Source: the human T2T-CHM13v2.0 reference genome, Homo sapiens. Taken from it: 64,000 bases of DNA. The position numbers and the translations under genes were made by a program. The notes beneath the pieces were generated by a model. The model ran no database searches, was not told the origin of the DNA, and saw only the letters and a list, made by a program, of their open reading frames with translations. The stretch's first letter is position 1. Each line of letters starts with the position of its first letter. Location of the stretch: NCBI RefSeq assembly GCF_009914755.1, contig NC_060939.1; one strand, written 5' to 3'. Shown piece by piece: positions 27,261 to 40,680 of the stretch.

Positions 27261-28929
27261 AGTTGATGAGTCTTCATGCTAGTTTGCTTCCTGAAATATC
27301 TTTCTACGTGTTTGCTGAAATCTAACTGGTGCCTGGGATTACTTTAGCAGGGCTGAGTCTTATTTTTCTCCAATTCAGCTTAAACTGCAAATGCTTCATT
27401 TAGTTAAACCTTCAGGATAAATTAGCTTCGTTTTTCCCTGGTCTTGCAGTATGGGGCAGGGGAGGACTGGGGGGAGGAGAACAGAAGGATCTGGATAGGG
27501 AAGAGGAAGAGATTGACAAGGGAGCAGGAAGGAGCAGGAACAAGAATGAGTACCCTCCCCACCTATGAGATATGGAAGGAGGCAGAAAAGCAAAGTGTGA
27601 GAACAGAGAGCAGCCTCCCAGGTGAGCAGCTCTTACTCGTTTTCCTCCAGCAGACGTGCCAAACAGTGGCTGTGCACCGAAGGTTGCCGGCAAGCCGCTA
27701 CCAGTCCGGACAGCTCATGCTGCATGATTTATGAAGTGTTTTTGAGCCCAGCCCCATATCCTATAAAGAAGGCTCATTCCCTGGGGATTCGTTAATCAAG
27801 GAGCACTGTACAAACACCACTTCCTGTGGGATGTTAATAGTGTCTGTAAGCAGGAGAGGGAGTGAGTGAGAGCAGGGAATCATTGTTTAGCAGAGAGAGA
27901 AATTAGCTCACAGCTGAAAAAGAGAACTCGCCTTGATGTAGAAAAGATTCCTTTGTTAACAAGTGAACAATAAGCAACTTATGTAAGCGTTTTGAAATTT
28001 GAAAAGTGGATGCTGTAGTTAACTAAAAAGTAAATACTTTCTTCAAGCTCCTAGGCTGCTTGCTGTTGAAGTTTTTTGGGATGAGGGAGCAAGCTGCTAT
28101 GCCTGATCCCAGCCTGAGAACCAACTTTGGCTGCTTATTTACATGAGTTGTTTGTTTATGTGGCTTATTATGGCTGAAGGAGAAAAAATGGGACTTTTAA
28201 AAAAAATGTGTTTCTTTTGGTACACAGGCAAGAGAGAGGAGAGAAATGCAGACAATGGTGTGCCAATTTTTCCCCAACACCCTCCCCTGGCTTTCAGCCC
28301 TGGTGGGAGGAGTGGGGCCAGGAGTGAAAGGAGCTCTCAGCAGAAGCAATGCTGTGGGAGGCCTGGGAGACAAAAAAAGTGCAGGGTTGGGGAGAGGAAA
28401 AATCTTCCAGGTTTGGAAGCATCGGGGAGGAATGCCCTGGCACAGATGTCGGAGTTCTCAAGGTGCACTGTCAGCAGAGTGGCACTCACATGTAGCTGTG
28501 CCACTAGGATATTGACAAGGAGTCCGAGCAATGGAACAGGAGAGGAGAGAAGGCCTTGTGGCAACTGAGCTGGTAGAGTCATGAGCCAGACTCCACGCTG
28601 GCCAGGTGGTCTCTTTGCCCTCATCCCCCTTGACCCATCCCCTAATCTAGATCCTGCCATTTTTAAGGCCAAGAAAAAAGAAATTCTTAAGGAAAAGAAG
28701 AGAAGAGGCCATGTGTCTCCCAAGCCTAAGACTAATTGCTTCTGCATTCCACTTGAAGAATAGAAGTCACACTGCTTGGAGGCAGCTCTGGGTCATCATG
28801 TCACACCAGTCACAACGTCAGAAACAATCTGGATTTTGAGGCAATGAGACCAGGACTCTTGGAGCCTAAATACAAACAGGGAATCCAGTGAGATATATTT
28901 TAACAGGGAGACTCCCCTCTCGATGTCTA

Positions 28930-29105
28930 CACTTATCAGTTCAGGTTGCTGTAACAAATGACCATAGATTAAGTGGCTTAAACCACAAACACTTATTCTG
29001 AAGGCTAGGAAGTCCAAGATCAGAGTGTCAGCCGATCTGGTGTCTGGTGACAATCTTCTTCCTGGTTTGCAGTTGCCATTTCTTTGTTATGTCCTCACAT
29101 GGCAA
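28930..29105 (-). mobile_element. MLT1A/MST-type LTR fragment
   Basis: 'ggttgctgtaacaaatgaccatagattaagtggctta...gaagtccaagatc...cctcacatggc'. Confidence 0.75.
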
Positions 29106-29118
29106 AAACCAGTTGGAC

Positions 29119-30115
29119 GGGAGAAAATTTTTGCAATCTATGCATCTGACAAAGGCCTAATATCTGAATCTACAAGGAACTTAAACAAATTTACAAGAAA
29201 AAAAACAAACAAACAACCTCATCAAAGAGTGGGTGAAGGATATGAACAGACACTTCTCAAAAGAAGACATTTATGCGGCCAACAAACATATAAAAAAAAG
29301 CTCATCATCACTGGTCATTAGAGAAATGCAAATCAAAACCACAATGTGATACCATCTCACACCAGTTAGAATGGTGATCATTAAAAAGTCTGGAAACAAC
29401 AGATCCTGGCAAGGATGTGGAGAAATAGGAATACTTTTACACTATTGGTGGGAATATAAATTAGTTCAACCATTGTGGAAGACAGTGTAGTGATTCCTCA
29501 AGGATCTAGAACCAGAAATACCATTTGACCCAGCAATCACATTACTGGATATATACCCAAAGGATTATAAATCATTCTACTATAAAGACACATGCACACA
29601 TATGTTTATTACAGCACTATTTACAATAGCAAAGACTTGGAACCAACCCAAATGTCCATCAATGGTAGACTGGATAAAGAAAATGTGGCACATATACACC
29701 ATGGAATACTATGCAGCCATAAAAAAGGATGAGTTCATGTCCTTTGAACTCATGGTTGAAACAGTTTCACATGGATGAAACTGGAAACCATCATCCTCAG
29801 CAAACTAACACAGGAACAGAAAACCAAACACTGCATGTTCTTACTCATAAGTGGGAGTTGAACAATGAGAACACATGGACACAGGGAGGGGAACATCACA
29901 CACTGAGGCCTGTCGGGGGGTGGGGAGAAAGGGGAGGGAGAGCATTAAGACAAACACCTAATGCAAGCAGGGCTTAAAACCTAGGTGATGGGTTGATGGG
30001 TGCAGCAAACCACCATGGCACATGTTTATCTATGTAACAAACCTGCACATACAGCACATGTATCCCAGAACTTAGAGTAAAATTTAAAACAACAACAACA
30101 ACAACAAAAAAAAAA
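29119..30115 (+). mobile_element. 5'-truncated L1PA (ORF2 C-terminus plus 3'UTR)
   Basis: L1 ORF2 end, G-rich 3'UTR, (AAC)n/A tail; TSD aaaaacca(g/a)(t/c)tggac at 29104-29118 and 30111-30125. Confidence 0.96.
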
Positions 30116-30880
30116 CCAACTGGACATGGGAATGGGACCAGCTCCTCTTGGAGCACACGGACTGCAAGTGGGAGGTGGTTCCTCAAAGGAAAACTAGGAG
30201 GTACTATCAAAACAGGAGACGAAAAAGCTGCACAAGTAAAAGCAGATAGGTACTATAATTATTAGATGTAAGATCTAAAAATGAGCAGAAAGGGCAGGCT
30301 TGAAGGGGAAAGGAATTACCAAAAATACTCACAATGGCCATTTGGAAGAGAGAGGAGCATTCTACAGCTATTTTGTGGCAGCATAAAGAGTTACATTATG
30401 GGCCAGCCATGTCCACCCAAGTCCCAGATCTCATATGGCATCTACCGGCAAACAAAGTGGCCTTCTTCAACTACACCTCTCCCCTACTGGCTGTCTGCAT
30501 GAGTCATGGGCTGTCTACTCTGATCATGACAATTAAGGTGTCTGTCATACCATTGTCACTTGTTAGCTAGGATTTCCCTGTTTCCAGCCCCCTAAACAAA
30601 GAGGCAGTGCTGGACTCTTTCTTGTCCAGGGGTGGACCCAGACTGGACAAGAAATAAGAATATGACGCAAAGGTGGTTCATCTATGAGCTAGCAGGTAAT
30701 CCCATGAAGTACCTTGTAGGCAACAGTAACGAACGAAACTGATCAGACTGGGAAACTGGGAAAGTGCCTAGCTCCTAAGGCAACCTCTATTCTTGGTGGC
30801 TTTCTTCTTTCAGTACTACTTCCGGTCCACATGCTTCCTTACACTAACTGCCACTGCCTTTTTTCTTGGGTCTTAGGAAG

Positions 30881-31635
30881 GGCTATGGTTTGAATGTTTG
30901 TGCCCCTCTGCAAATTCATATGTTGACATACTAGTCTTGAAGGTGATTGATATGGTTCGGCTATGTCTCACCCAAATCTTGTCTTGAATCGTAGCTCCCA
31001 TAATTCCCATGTGTTGTGGGAGGGACCTGGTGGGAGGTAGTTGAATCATGGGGCGGGTCTTTACCCTGCTGTTCTCGTGATAGTGAATAAGTCTCATAAG
31101 ACCAGATGGCTTTATAAATGGGAGTTCCCCTGCACAAGCCTTCTTGCCTGCTGCCATGTAAGATGTGCCTTTGGTCTTCCTTCACCTTCTGCCATGATTG
31201 TGAGGCTTCCCCAGCCATGTGGAACTGTGAGTTTATTAAACCTCTTTCCTTTATAAATTACCCTGTCTTGAGTATGTCTTTATTAGCAGCGTGACAACAG
31301 ACTAATACAGTGATGGCGTAGAAGGCAGGGCGTCTTTGGGAGGTGATCAGGTCATAAAGGCAGGATTCGCATGAAGGGAATTAGTGCCTTTATAAAAGAG
31401 ACCCTAGAGAGCTAGCTAGCCCCTTCCACCTCGAGAGGACACAACTACAAGAGGACATCTCTGAACCAGAAAGCAGGCTCTCACCAGACAGCAGGCTCTC
31501 ACCAGACAGCAAATCTCCTGGAACTCTGGTCTTGGACTTCCCAGCCTCCAGAACTGCGAGAAATAAATAATTCCTATCGTTTATAAGCCACCCCATTTAT
31601 GGTATTTTGTTATAGCAGTCTGAACAGACTAAGAA
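30881..31635 (+). mobile_element. MLT1A-type LTR split by a THE1 LTR
   Basis: 'gctatggtttgaatgtttgtgccc' start and 'ttgttatagcagtctgaacagactaaga' end; 18-bp internal duplication cagcaggctctcaccaga near 31471-31511. Confidence 0.85.
30948..31309 (+). mobile_element. THE1 (THE1B-like) solo LTR
   Basis: tgatatgg...gactaataca with perfect 5-bp TSD gtgat at 30943-30947 and 31310-31314. Confidence 0.92.
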
Positions 31636-32707
31636 GGGAAGTTTTGTAACTTCAATTTAAACCTAATCGCAGATCAGAGCAACAGTTCTCCACACCTTGG
31701 GGACAGAAGCTTCACTTGCCCCAAATCCTATTTGGTGACAGGCAAAGTCACACAGAGCAGTCCAGAGTGGGATATGAGTGCAGTTAAACGCTCAAGGTTG
31801 TTTTCAGGAAACATGGATACTCAGGATGGCAGCCAACATGGTGCACATACACAGTGGGTGTTTTGTGCTCTGTCCAAAGAGCAAACTCTCTCCAGGGCAG
31901 GAGAACAGCCCAGAATGCCTGAGAGGGTGGAAGGGAAAAGAGATCAGGACACCCAGCAACACACAGCCTTTACTACGAAAGGGATCCAGGACAATGGCTT
32001 GTTAAAAACATCACAGCCAAAGCAGGATGTAAAGGTGCTTCAGGCCTCCTACCTTTGCCCAGGAACATGGGTGTCCTTCTAGGGGAGGGGAAAGCTATGG
32101 ATAAGAACCACTATAATAAATTAGAGAGAAAGCCATAGCTCCCAGCCATATAATATATGAATTTCCTCCACTTGTCAGCTTGTCAAAATGGAGTCCTGAT
32201 TCCTCTCTGTCAATGTCAAGCCTTTCCTGCCTAGTTAACATTTTTAGGTGGAAGCAGGAAGAAGTGAGAGTGGCATTTGATAAGTGCTGGGGGAGTATTG
32301 CTTTAGAAAAGCACATTAACCCTTTTTGCCTGTTCCAGCTCCTGTGGGGGAGATAGAACAGGTGGGCTTAATTGGCACTGAACAAAGTCCCTGAAATTCC
32401 CTAGAAAGCTATGCAACCAGATGTCACACTCTGGTGCTAAGTGTTAAAGAGGCATCTTTGTAACAAGCCCAGGGAAAGGTGGATGGCAGATTTGCCTTAA
32501 TGAAACTAAGCTCCTGCCCTTGCTTTACAGGCATTTTAGGACACCTTTACCCAGAAAAAAATGACAGCATAGTCCTTGCTGTAGAAGTTTACAATTTAAA
32601 TTCTAAGTGTACAACATAAGGGTTGAAATGAAGTTAAAGAGCATCTTGTCAAAACAGTAATATCTATCAGAGTTATTCCCCCTCCCTACGTTCTCTCTCA
32701 CATTTCT

Positions 32708-32836
32708 CTTTTTTATATATAGAGAGATGGGCTCCCACTATGTTACCCAGATTGGTCTAGAACTCCTGGGCTCAAGCAATCCTGCCTAGGCTTCCCAAAG
32801 TGCTAGGATTACAGGCATTAGCCACTGCACCCAGCC
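32708..32836 (-). mobile_element. FLAM (free left Alu monomer)
   Basis: Single reverse monomer flanked by ctcacattt repeats. Confidence 0.85.
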
Positions 32837-34234
32837 CTCCCTCACATTTTCTGGTTTTTAGGGTTAGTTCATGTTTTCTTATGGCATCATGGAATAATCA
32901 CTTTACCAGGAGACAAAAGTCCTGTATCTGAGTTCTGTTTTGATTATTCACAATCCTGGGCATGTCATTTATCTACTCTAAGCTTCCGTTTCCTTTACCA
33001 TCAGGTGAGATAATGCTATGTCATGTCTGTTTCACAGGATTGCCTTAAGGACCAAGTGTTTTCATTTGCCTGACTATCTGACAGACACCTACCTTGTAAT
33101 GGAGTGGGTATCCTGGTGAGGGGGATGTGAAGGGATACAGATTTGGATGAGACGCAGTCCTGACCTTGGGGAACTCACTGGGCATTCAGTGAGTAGGAAT
33201 GTACTCTCTCTAAACTGAAGAGCACTTCACAAAGTGAAGCCATTTCCATATTTACTGCACAACCTGTTACTGTTCTCTGGAAATTTTGCCAAGCTCTTGT
33301 TCTCCTAGGTAGTTTTGGTGTACCCCCCTTGGTCCCAGCTCCTTTCTTTTAACTCAGGTCTAAGTTACGGTTTCTAAATGAGCTTTCCTTGCAAGTAGAG
33401 AAGTTCTCATCTTTTCTTCTAGGATAATCTTACATAATCCTTAGGAGGGCAGTTCTTTTACTTTGAGATTCCACTCTTGGATCTAGGATAAATTCTTGAA
33501 CAAAGATAAGCTAACTTACAGATGTAGCCTTTATCCAGAAATTCAGAATTAGGACATTGAAGGAGGAACTTGGGCAAAAAGAAGCAGTCATGTGCAGGTG
33601 TGGCATGTGAATAGAGAGCTCCAGAATGGAAGTCCATCACTTTGACAGTTGTGTCACCAGAGCCATCCCAGTGACTATCTGGGAGACTTTCCTGCACTGT
33701 TTTATTTACATTAGTTTAAGTTGATTTTTGTTTCTTATGAACAAACAATTTTTGTCTGATCTCCTCTCCAGACAAGCATGGCCCTAGGGAACTGGCCCCA
33801 GGCAAGCCTGCCATGTGCCAGATGTCTGGGTTTAACCCTGCAACGAGCCATATATCTGTGTGCTGCAGCATATAAAGCCATTTTTAAGTGGAAAACATGA
33901 AAAAGAAAAGCTATTTAGGAGCTAACCCAGTATAAACAGTTCCTCAGTGTAAAGAAGCAGCCGAATTGGTGTCAACAATCTTACTGTGGGTCAAAAACAT
34001 TTAATAACCACTCAGTCAAAACCCAAGTTGACATTTTTACAAGATACAGTGCTGATTCAGGCTGTGAGATTGACCTTCTGCCTCAGTTTCTCTGTATTAC
34101 ACTCCACTCTGCCAGTATTACCAAAGCTGGGCCTTGGACTTTCAGCCAATCAGCAGGGGTCTTGAGGCTTTATTGGGCCTATGCTCACTCCTTCTTCCAG
34201 GAGCACACCCCATACCTGCGAGCGGGAGGCCCAC

Positions 34235-34550
34235 CATTCACTCATTCTTTCATTTAACAGATAATTATTTACCATCTATTAGATAGCAGGCTCATGCTTG
34301 GCACAGAGCACATACAGGATACAGAAATGAAAGAAACAAAATCTGTACTTTCAAGAGCACTCTGGAACGCAGAAGAAACCTGCCTTTCAATCAATAATTA
34401 CAACACAGTGTGTGCCAAGAACAGCATTAAACGTGTTCAGGATGAAGAGCTAACACAGAGATAGGAGTGGCTGGTAACATCAGGGAGGAAGGCAGGAAAG
34501 CCTTTCTAGAGAAATACAGCCTTTCTGGATTTTGAAAACCAAATAGTTTG
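34235..34550 (-). mobile_element. L2 fragment
   Basis: 'cattcactcattc...atttaacagataattatttaccatctatt...' L2 3' pattern. Confidence 0.55.
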
Positions 34551-35574
34551 TCAGAAAAATAGAGTAAAGCTAGAGAGGAAGAAAGAACAATTGAGACAGA
34601 AGGAATGGAGCATCGGCTAGGCTCACAATCCTTCAACTTCTACCCCTCACCCCGAGGACCACTCACCTTCCTGCCTCCTCTGGCCACCATGCTCTGCTTA
34701 ATGAAATGGGGCCCCTGGACAGCACTGGAATTGACCACATCTTCCGCTTCTGTGGATTCAGTATTTTAATTCTTGGCCAAGCTTACAGGGGCCAGCAGTC
34801 CCAGCCACAGCCAGACTGTCTCAGATTCTGTCCATGGTCCTGAATCATTCCTCCTCCCCTGGTCCTTTAGTTGCGATCCCAACAGGTGCTGCTTCCAAAT
34901 TCAACTAAATTATGTCCCCAAGGATGTCATTGAACACTTCCTGGATAAAGAATACTTCCTGGATGAAGAGGGGGACAGAAAGTAAACTGGACCTGGAGGA
35001 TGATAAGATTTCAGTGGGTGAGAGAGACAAAGAATTTGAGGTGGGGGTTGGGGTGTAGAGAAGGTAAATCCAGCCTTGGCACTGTGAGGGAGTGGTGTAC
35101 TCCTCACTGAGCAGAATGAGGAGGAACTTAAAAGGTGAATATTTACATTGGAAAACACACTATTTCAAGCAGAAAGTTTCCAAGCAAACTGTCACATAAA
35201 GGCACCAAGGGCATGGTGTATCCAAACAATCCTGAGCATGAGACCTTGTCCCACCATGGGTCAGAGTTGAGCAACATTCTGAAGCTCCAATTTGTCCTAA
35301 GTGAACCACTGTGCAGAACTAACGAGGTCATCAATTTTTCTTCCAGCTAATGAGCTCGTCAGGAAGGGCGTGATGTGGGAAGATGATGAGATGAGCAACC
35401 AAACCTGATTAAATAGTTTCACCTTCATCAAAGAATCAGACACAGAGCTGAGGCCCCATTATTCACTGGGAAGGGATAATTACATAGAAGAGGCTGCCAT
35501 CAGAAACACCTCTCCCCTCACCCAACTGGCTCTGCTCCCTCAAGTACAGGGAGTGTGTTGGACCCAGGAACAGA

Positions 35575-35850
35575 CACTCATTTAATTCAACAACTATTTA
35601 CAGGCAGCTTGCTCCATGCCAGGTGTGGACCAAGAACAAAGAATGAAGATGAATAATACCTTGTCCTTGCCTTTAAGTAGTTTATGGTTGATGTAGTATG
35701 GAATAACAACTAACTGAAATATGCTATGGAATGTCCTCCCAGCATTTCAAACAAAGTGCTGTGGGCATAGAGGCGAGGAAAGGAAAAGAGAGAACCAGGG
35801 ACGTTGTCTCATAGGTGGTCACCCTTGAGTTGGGCTTTAAAGATGAGTAG
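35575..35850 (-). mobile_element. L2 fragment
   Basis: 'tcatttaattcaacaactattta...gtccttgcctttaagtagtttatgg...ttgagttgggctttaaagatgagtagg'. Confidence 0.65.
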
Positions 35851-35960
35851 GGCCAGGTGTGGTGGCTCACCCTTGTAATCCCAGCACTTAGGGAGGCCAA
35901 GGTGAGAGGATCACTTGAGCACAGGGGTTTGAGACCAGCCTGGGCAACATAGGGCCTATA
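35851..35960 (+). mobile_element. FLAM/Alu left monomer
   Basis: ggccaggtgtggtggctcac...gcctgggcaacatag. Confidence 0.9.
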
Positions 35961-36070
35961 TTTTTGCAGCCATTTTCTCTTTTGGTCATTTGGTTATAGC
36001 AGTTTAGCTTAACCTTAACTGATGTAGAAATTGATACCATAGGTGAGGTGCTGCCATAACCCAAACCTAA

Positions 36071-36499
<429 letters not shown>

Positions 36500-39099
36500 T
36501 AGACATTAAGTTCTTTTAGGGTATGGACTGAGTCTTAGTTACCTCTTCATTCTTGCCACATCCAGCCTGGTGTCCTCAGGTAACAGACAAAAAAAGTTTC
36601 TTGAATCTACTCTGTACTCAGAAGTCTTGAGACACTATGTATTAGTTTCAATTCAATTCCCCTTTAGGGAAGAAAAGTTATGTCCTTAAATAGCTATTTC
36701 CTCCAATGCCTGACATACTATGAGCCAGTAACTCTGACGTGCATTCATGGCATGATATTAGATTCTTGTGGCAAGGCATTGCATCACAAACATAAATTTA
36801 CACAACAGTTCATTTAGCAAATACTTTTTGAACATATCCTGTAATAGGTACTGGTAACCTAATATTGAACAAGCTGAGATGGGTCTTTGTCTTTGAGGAA
36901 CCTATAATACAGCCTGTCAGAGAACCATCGAACCCATCACCAATCATGATCACTGATTGAGAGCCCATTATGGACCAGGCATCATGCCACAGAGACTGTG
37001 TGTTTGCTGGAATGTGGAGTGGGAAGTATCCAGAGATTGGTCACACACAGAGGTTGGCATCCAGTTGGAGATATAGGACATATTTTTAAAAGACAACTAA
37101 TAAACACCACATCCTCCTTACCAACAAGGATGTTAAAAATTAGTCATCAGGGATGCAGGTCTTTGGAGGTGGATTTCTTGCTAGGGCCAGGTAAGTCTGG
37201 AAGACTTTGTGAAAGTGGAAGGGTTTGTTCTTGACCTTGGCAAATGTCTAGGACTTGGCTAATGGCGAAGAGCCAGTAGGGAAGCATTCCAGGAAGTGAG
37301 AGAAAAATGTATGGTGAGTTTAAGAAAGAGAAAAAAGTCAGCTTTACAGAAGCAAAGCATTCACTCATTCTTTTTGTATTAATTCAGTGCTCACAATGTG
37401 CAAAGCCCTGGTAAGATGCCAGGAGGTCTTCATATACATATAAGGTGTGGCCCCTGTTCCAGAAGAGTTAAAATCTAGACATGCTCAAAAGGAACCAGCA
37501 ATAAAGGCAGTATTTCACCTTGTGTCATTCCATCATTTGCTTTGAGTTAAATGAGGATGGAGAGTGTTATCTTCAGGAGACCACTCTTAAAAGGCACTTC
37601 TGCTTCCTGGGGATAAAGAGAGGATGCCAAGGAGGCTGGTACCCACGAATTACTTTATCCTGTTAGCCAGGTAATAGGACATTAGTGATGTTTAATAGAG
37701 AGAGGGGGTCTAGCTAGATATCCAGGGGCCAATAAGATGGATGGAGATCTCAAACTTTCCTCTCTCCACTCTACGCCTTCTAGAATTACTGGCTATTTCC
37801 TCCTTCTTTCTTGGATAGCTCTTCCTGCATTCTCCTTAGTCATGATGCAAAGGACTTAGAAGAATAGAGTTACTCTGGAGGCATTTCTCAGGGCAATTCC
37901 AGAGAGGATGATGAAATGTCAGACGAAATAATGAGTTGTCTTAGTTCTGAAACACCTTCTTTGAGGAGAAAAAAAGTAATCAACACCCCAGTAAGACAGC
38001 AGCTGTCATGTATATAGAAAAATGAATTCCCTCATTCTCTGTGTTCTGTCTAACCATTTTTGCCTCTGTCTGGGCAGGGTCAGTTGATTGCCTGAAGGGG
38101 CATTTTTAGTGTTTGACCAATATGTTAACTAATTTCATATACTTTAGGAGCCTGTAAAGCTCTATTAATTTTCCTTGGCTCTTTCTTTTCCTACTTAAAT
38201 GTGGTTGGTTATTCCACAAGGAATTCATTATGTTTCTAAATTTTGATCAGAATTATTCTAGAATAACATACATTCTCATGGATTGCCTCCTGTGTCTTGA
38301 AGAGATCATTTTCTTGATAAGTCCCTTGACTCTCTTTTTGCAAGTCTGGCAGCATGGTTTATTGGCTTTGTAATATGAAGCTCTCACCATTAGGGACTGA
38401 GCTAAGATCACCAAACTGTTTCCCATACATCCTTAGTTGGGCGTTGAATCACAAAAGTAGTAGAAGGCCCAGCATGATATCTTCTCTGAAATGAGCAATC
38501 CCTTAATTAAACAGAAGTAAATAGAGGTTACAACGTGTTCCTTAATTAAATAGATGTAAATGCCCAATCGCTCTGCTTTCCTCATACATCAATTTTGCAC
38601 CATCTCATATTCCTGTTTGCCCAGTGGAAATGGAAATTCTGAGGCTCTGTGTTGGCCAAAATCTCCCAAGTGTGCGTGCCAGGCTGGGTGTTTAATCATG
38701 AATATTTACCTTCTGGTTTATAGAAATCTGCAGCTCGTGTCTACTCTCCCTTCCTTTTGCATTGCGGGCTTAGGAATTGCTATGAGCCTGACATAACTGG
38801 ACCTTCAAAGTGCAGCAGCACTGCTTTTGCCCAGCAAGGCATCTTGACTCCTGCCTTAGGAAAAACATACCTGGAGGCACAAGGTGAAGGGTGTGGCATG
38901 GGCACACTGATGTCAATACTGAACCCTCTGTGCTGGGTGGTACTGGGAGACCCTGAGAGTCACAATGCCTCATGCCTGCTGCTTTTCTTTACACCTAGTC
39001 TCAGACTTGGCAAGTTTCTGCTGGGGATTAAATGTACATTTCATCAACATATTTCATGAATACAGTAGAATATATTCTGTGAAAATAATTCATGGAACT

Positions 39100-39468
39100 C
39101 ATGATGATTAATTTTTTGTGTCAGCTTGGCTAGGCTGTGGTGCCTAAACATTAGTCTAGGTATTTCTGTGAAGGTATTTTGTTATTAACATTTACAATCA
39201 GTTGTCTTTGAGTAAAGAATATTATCCTAGATAATGTGGGTGGGCCTCATCCAATCAAGTGGAGACTTTAAAAGCAAAAACTGAGGTTTCCTGGAGAAGA
39301 AAAAATTTTGCCTCAATACTGTAACATAGAAGTGTGTAGTGCAGGCCAGCACTACACATTTCAGACTTGCCAGCCCCTCGAATCACATAAGCCAGTTTTT
39401 CAAGATAAATCTCTATGTACATACAAATGCTATTGGTACTGTTTCTCTGGAGAACCCTGACTGATACA
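39100..39468 (+). mobile_element. MLT2 (ERVL) solo LTR
   Basis: 'gattaattttttgtgtcagcttggctagg...gtgggtgggcctcatccaatca...tgtttctctggagaaccctgactgataca'. Confidence 0.85.
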
Positions 39469-40434
39469 GGATCTGTCTGAATAAGATGAGAACGTCTTAC
39501 TTGCAATTCAGAGAGAGTAGTCCAATCCAATCACAGCTCAAAGCAAACTAACAGATGGTGCCCCTTAAAATGCTAAGATGGGGTTAGGAGTAGGGTGGAG
39601 AGAAGAGAATCGTGTCTACACCTGTCAAAGTGGTGACTATCTTTAGATAGCTCTTGTTCTTGCTAGTTCTGGCTAGGCCAGCAACTTGCCATCCATGAAT
39701 TGGATGGTTATCAGAGGACAGCAGTGGGTTAACAACACTTTGACTGAGTCAAACTGTTAATTGGAATAGAATCCATCTCAATTTATTCCTAGAAACAGTT
39801 CTGCTTTTCTGAGGCATTAGGAATAAATTGAGGTGGATCCTGTTCCAATTAGAATTTATGATTAAGACCATCATCGCAGAAGGACAAGCTAAGCAAAGCC
39901 ACGAGCATTTGGAAATCGACATGACTGAGGGGTCTTAAGTAAAAAGGTTAGTTGCTGAGAAGAAAGTCATAACGACCCAATCTCCTTGGTGATTTCTTCC
40001 CACTTCCTGAATTTCCGGCAAAGTGGCCGACATTTGAAGGTTAGGTCAAGGAGCATTTTTCATTGAATCATAGGATTTCGGAGCTGGGAGGAATATTTTT
40101 TTAAATGAGGAAACCAAGCTCAGAGAGGAGAAATGACTTGCTCAACAAGGATAACAATGGGGGAATCTATTTCCTCATCTTCCTGCAGTGCGATAGGTGC
40201 GCCCTACATCTCAGCCTCAGGAGCAAAATGAGTCAAAGGTTGAAACAATTCTTGGGTGGTCTCTGCTGTGTTCTCTAAAATCATTGCTGAAGAGCCAATG
40301 TGTATTTTTCACCTGTGACTACAGAATCAGTGGGTAGAAGGATCCCATGCCAGAAACCTGGCTGTTAGGTTCAGTTCCATCATTTGGAGGAAAAATCATG
40401 TGCATTAGGACCTAGCAGGTGCGAAGCAGTGTAA

Positions 40435-40680
40435 TAGTAATTTAGCAGACATTATCAGTACACCTAATGTGTACCTAGTGCTGTGCTAAGTACTTTACAA
40501 TAAATCTTTTCAACAACCCTATGAGGTAAGTCTTATTTTTACTTCATAACTCATTACACAAAAGGAAATTGAGGCACAGTGAAGTTAAATAACTCACATG
40601 AAGGCACACAGAGAGAAAGTGATGTACCTAAGACAGGAACCTGGGCAGTATGGGGCCAGAGTCAGCACTCTCACCACTGC
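40435..40680 (-). mobile_element. MIR (near full length)
   Basis: 'gtgctaagtactttaca...caacaaccctatgaggtaag...ggaaattgaggcacagtgaagttaaataact'. Confidence 0.8.
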
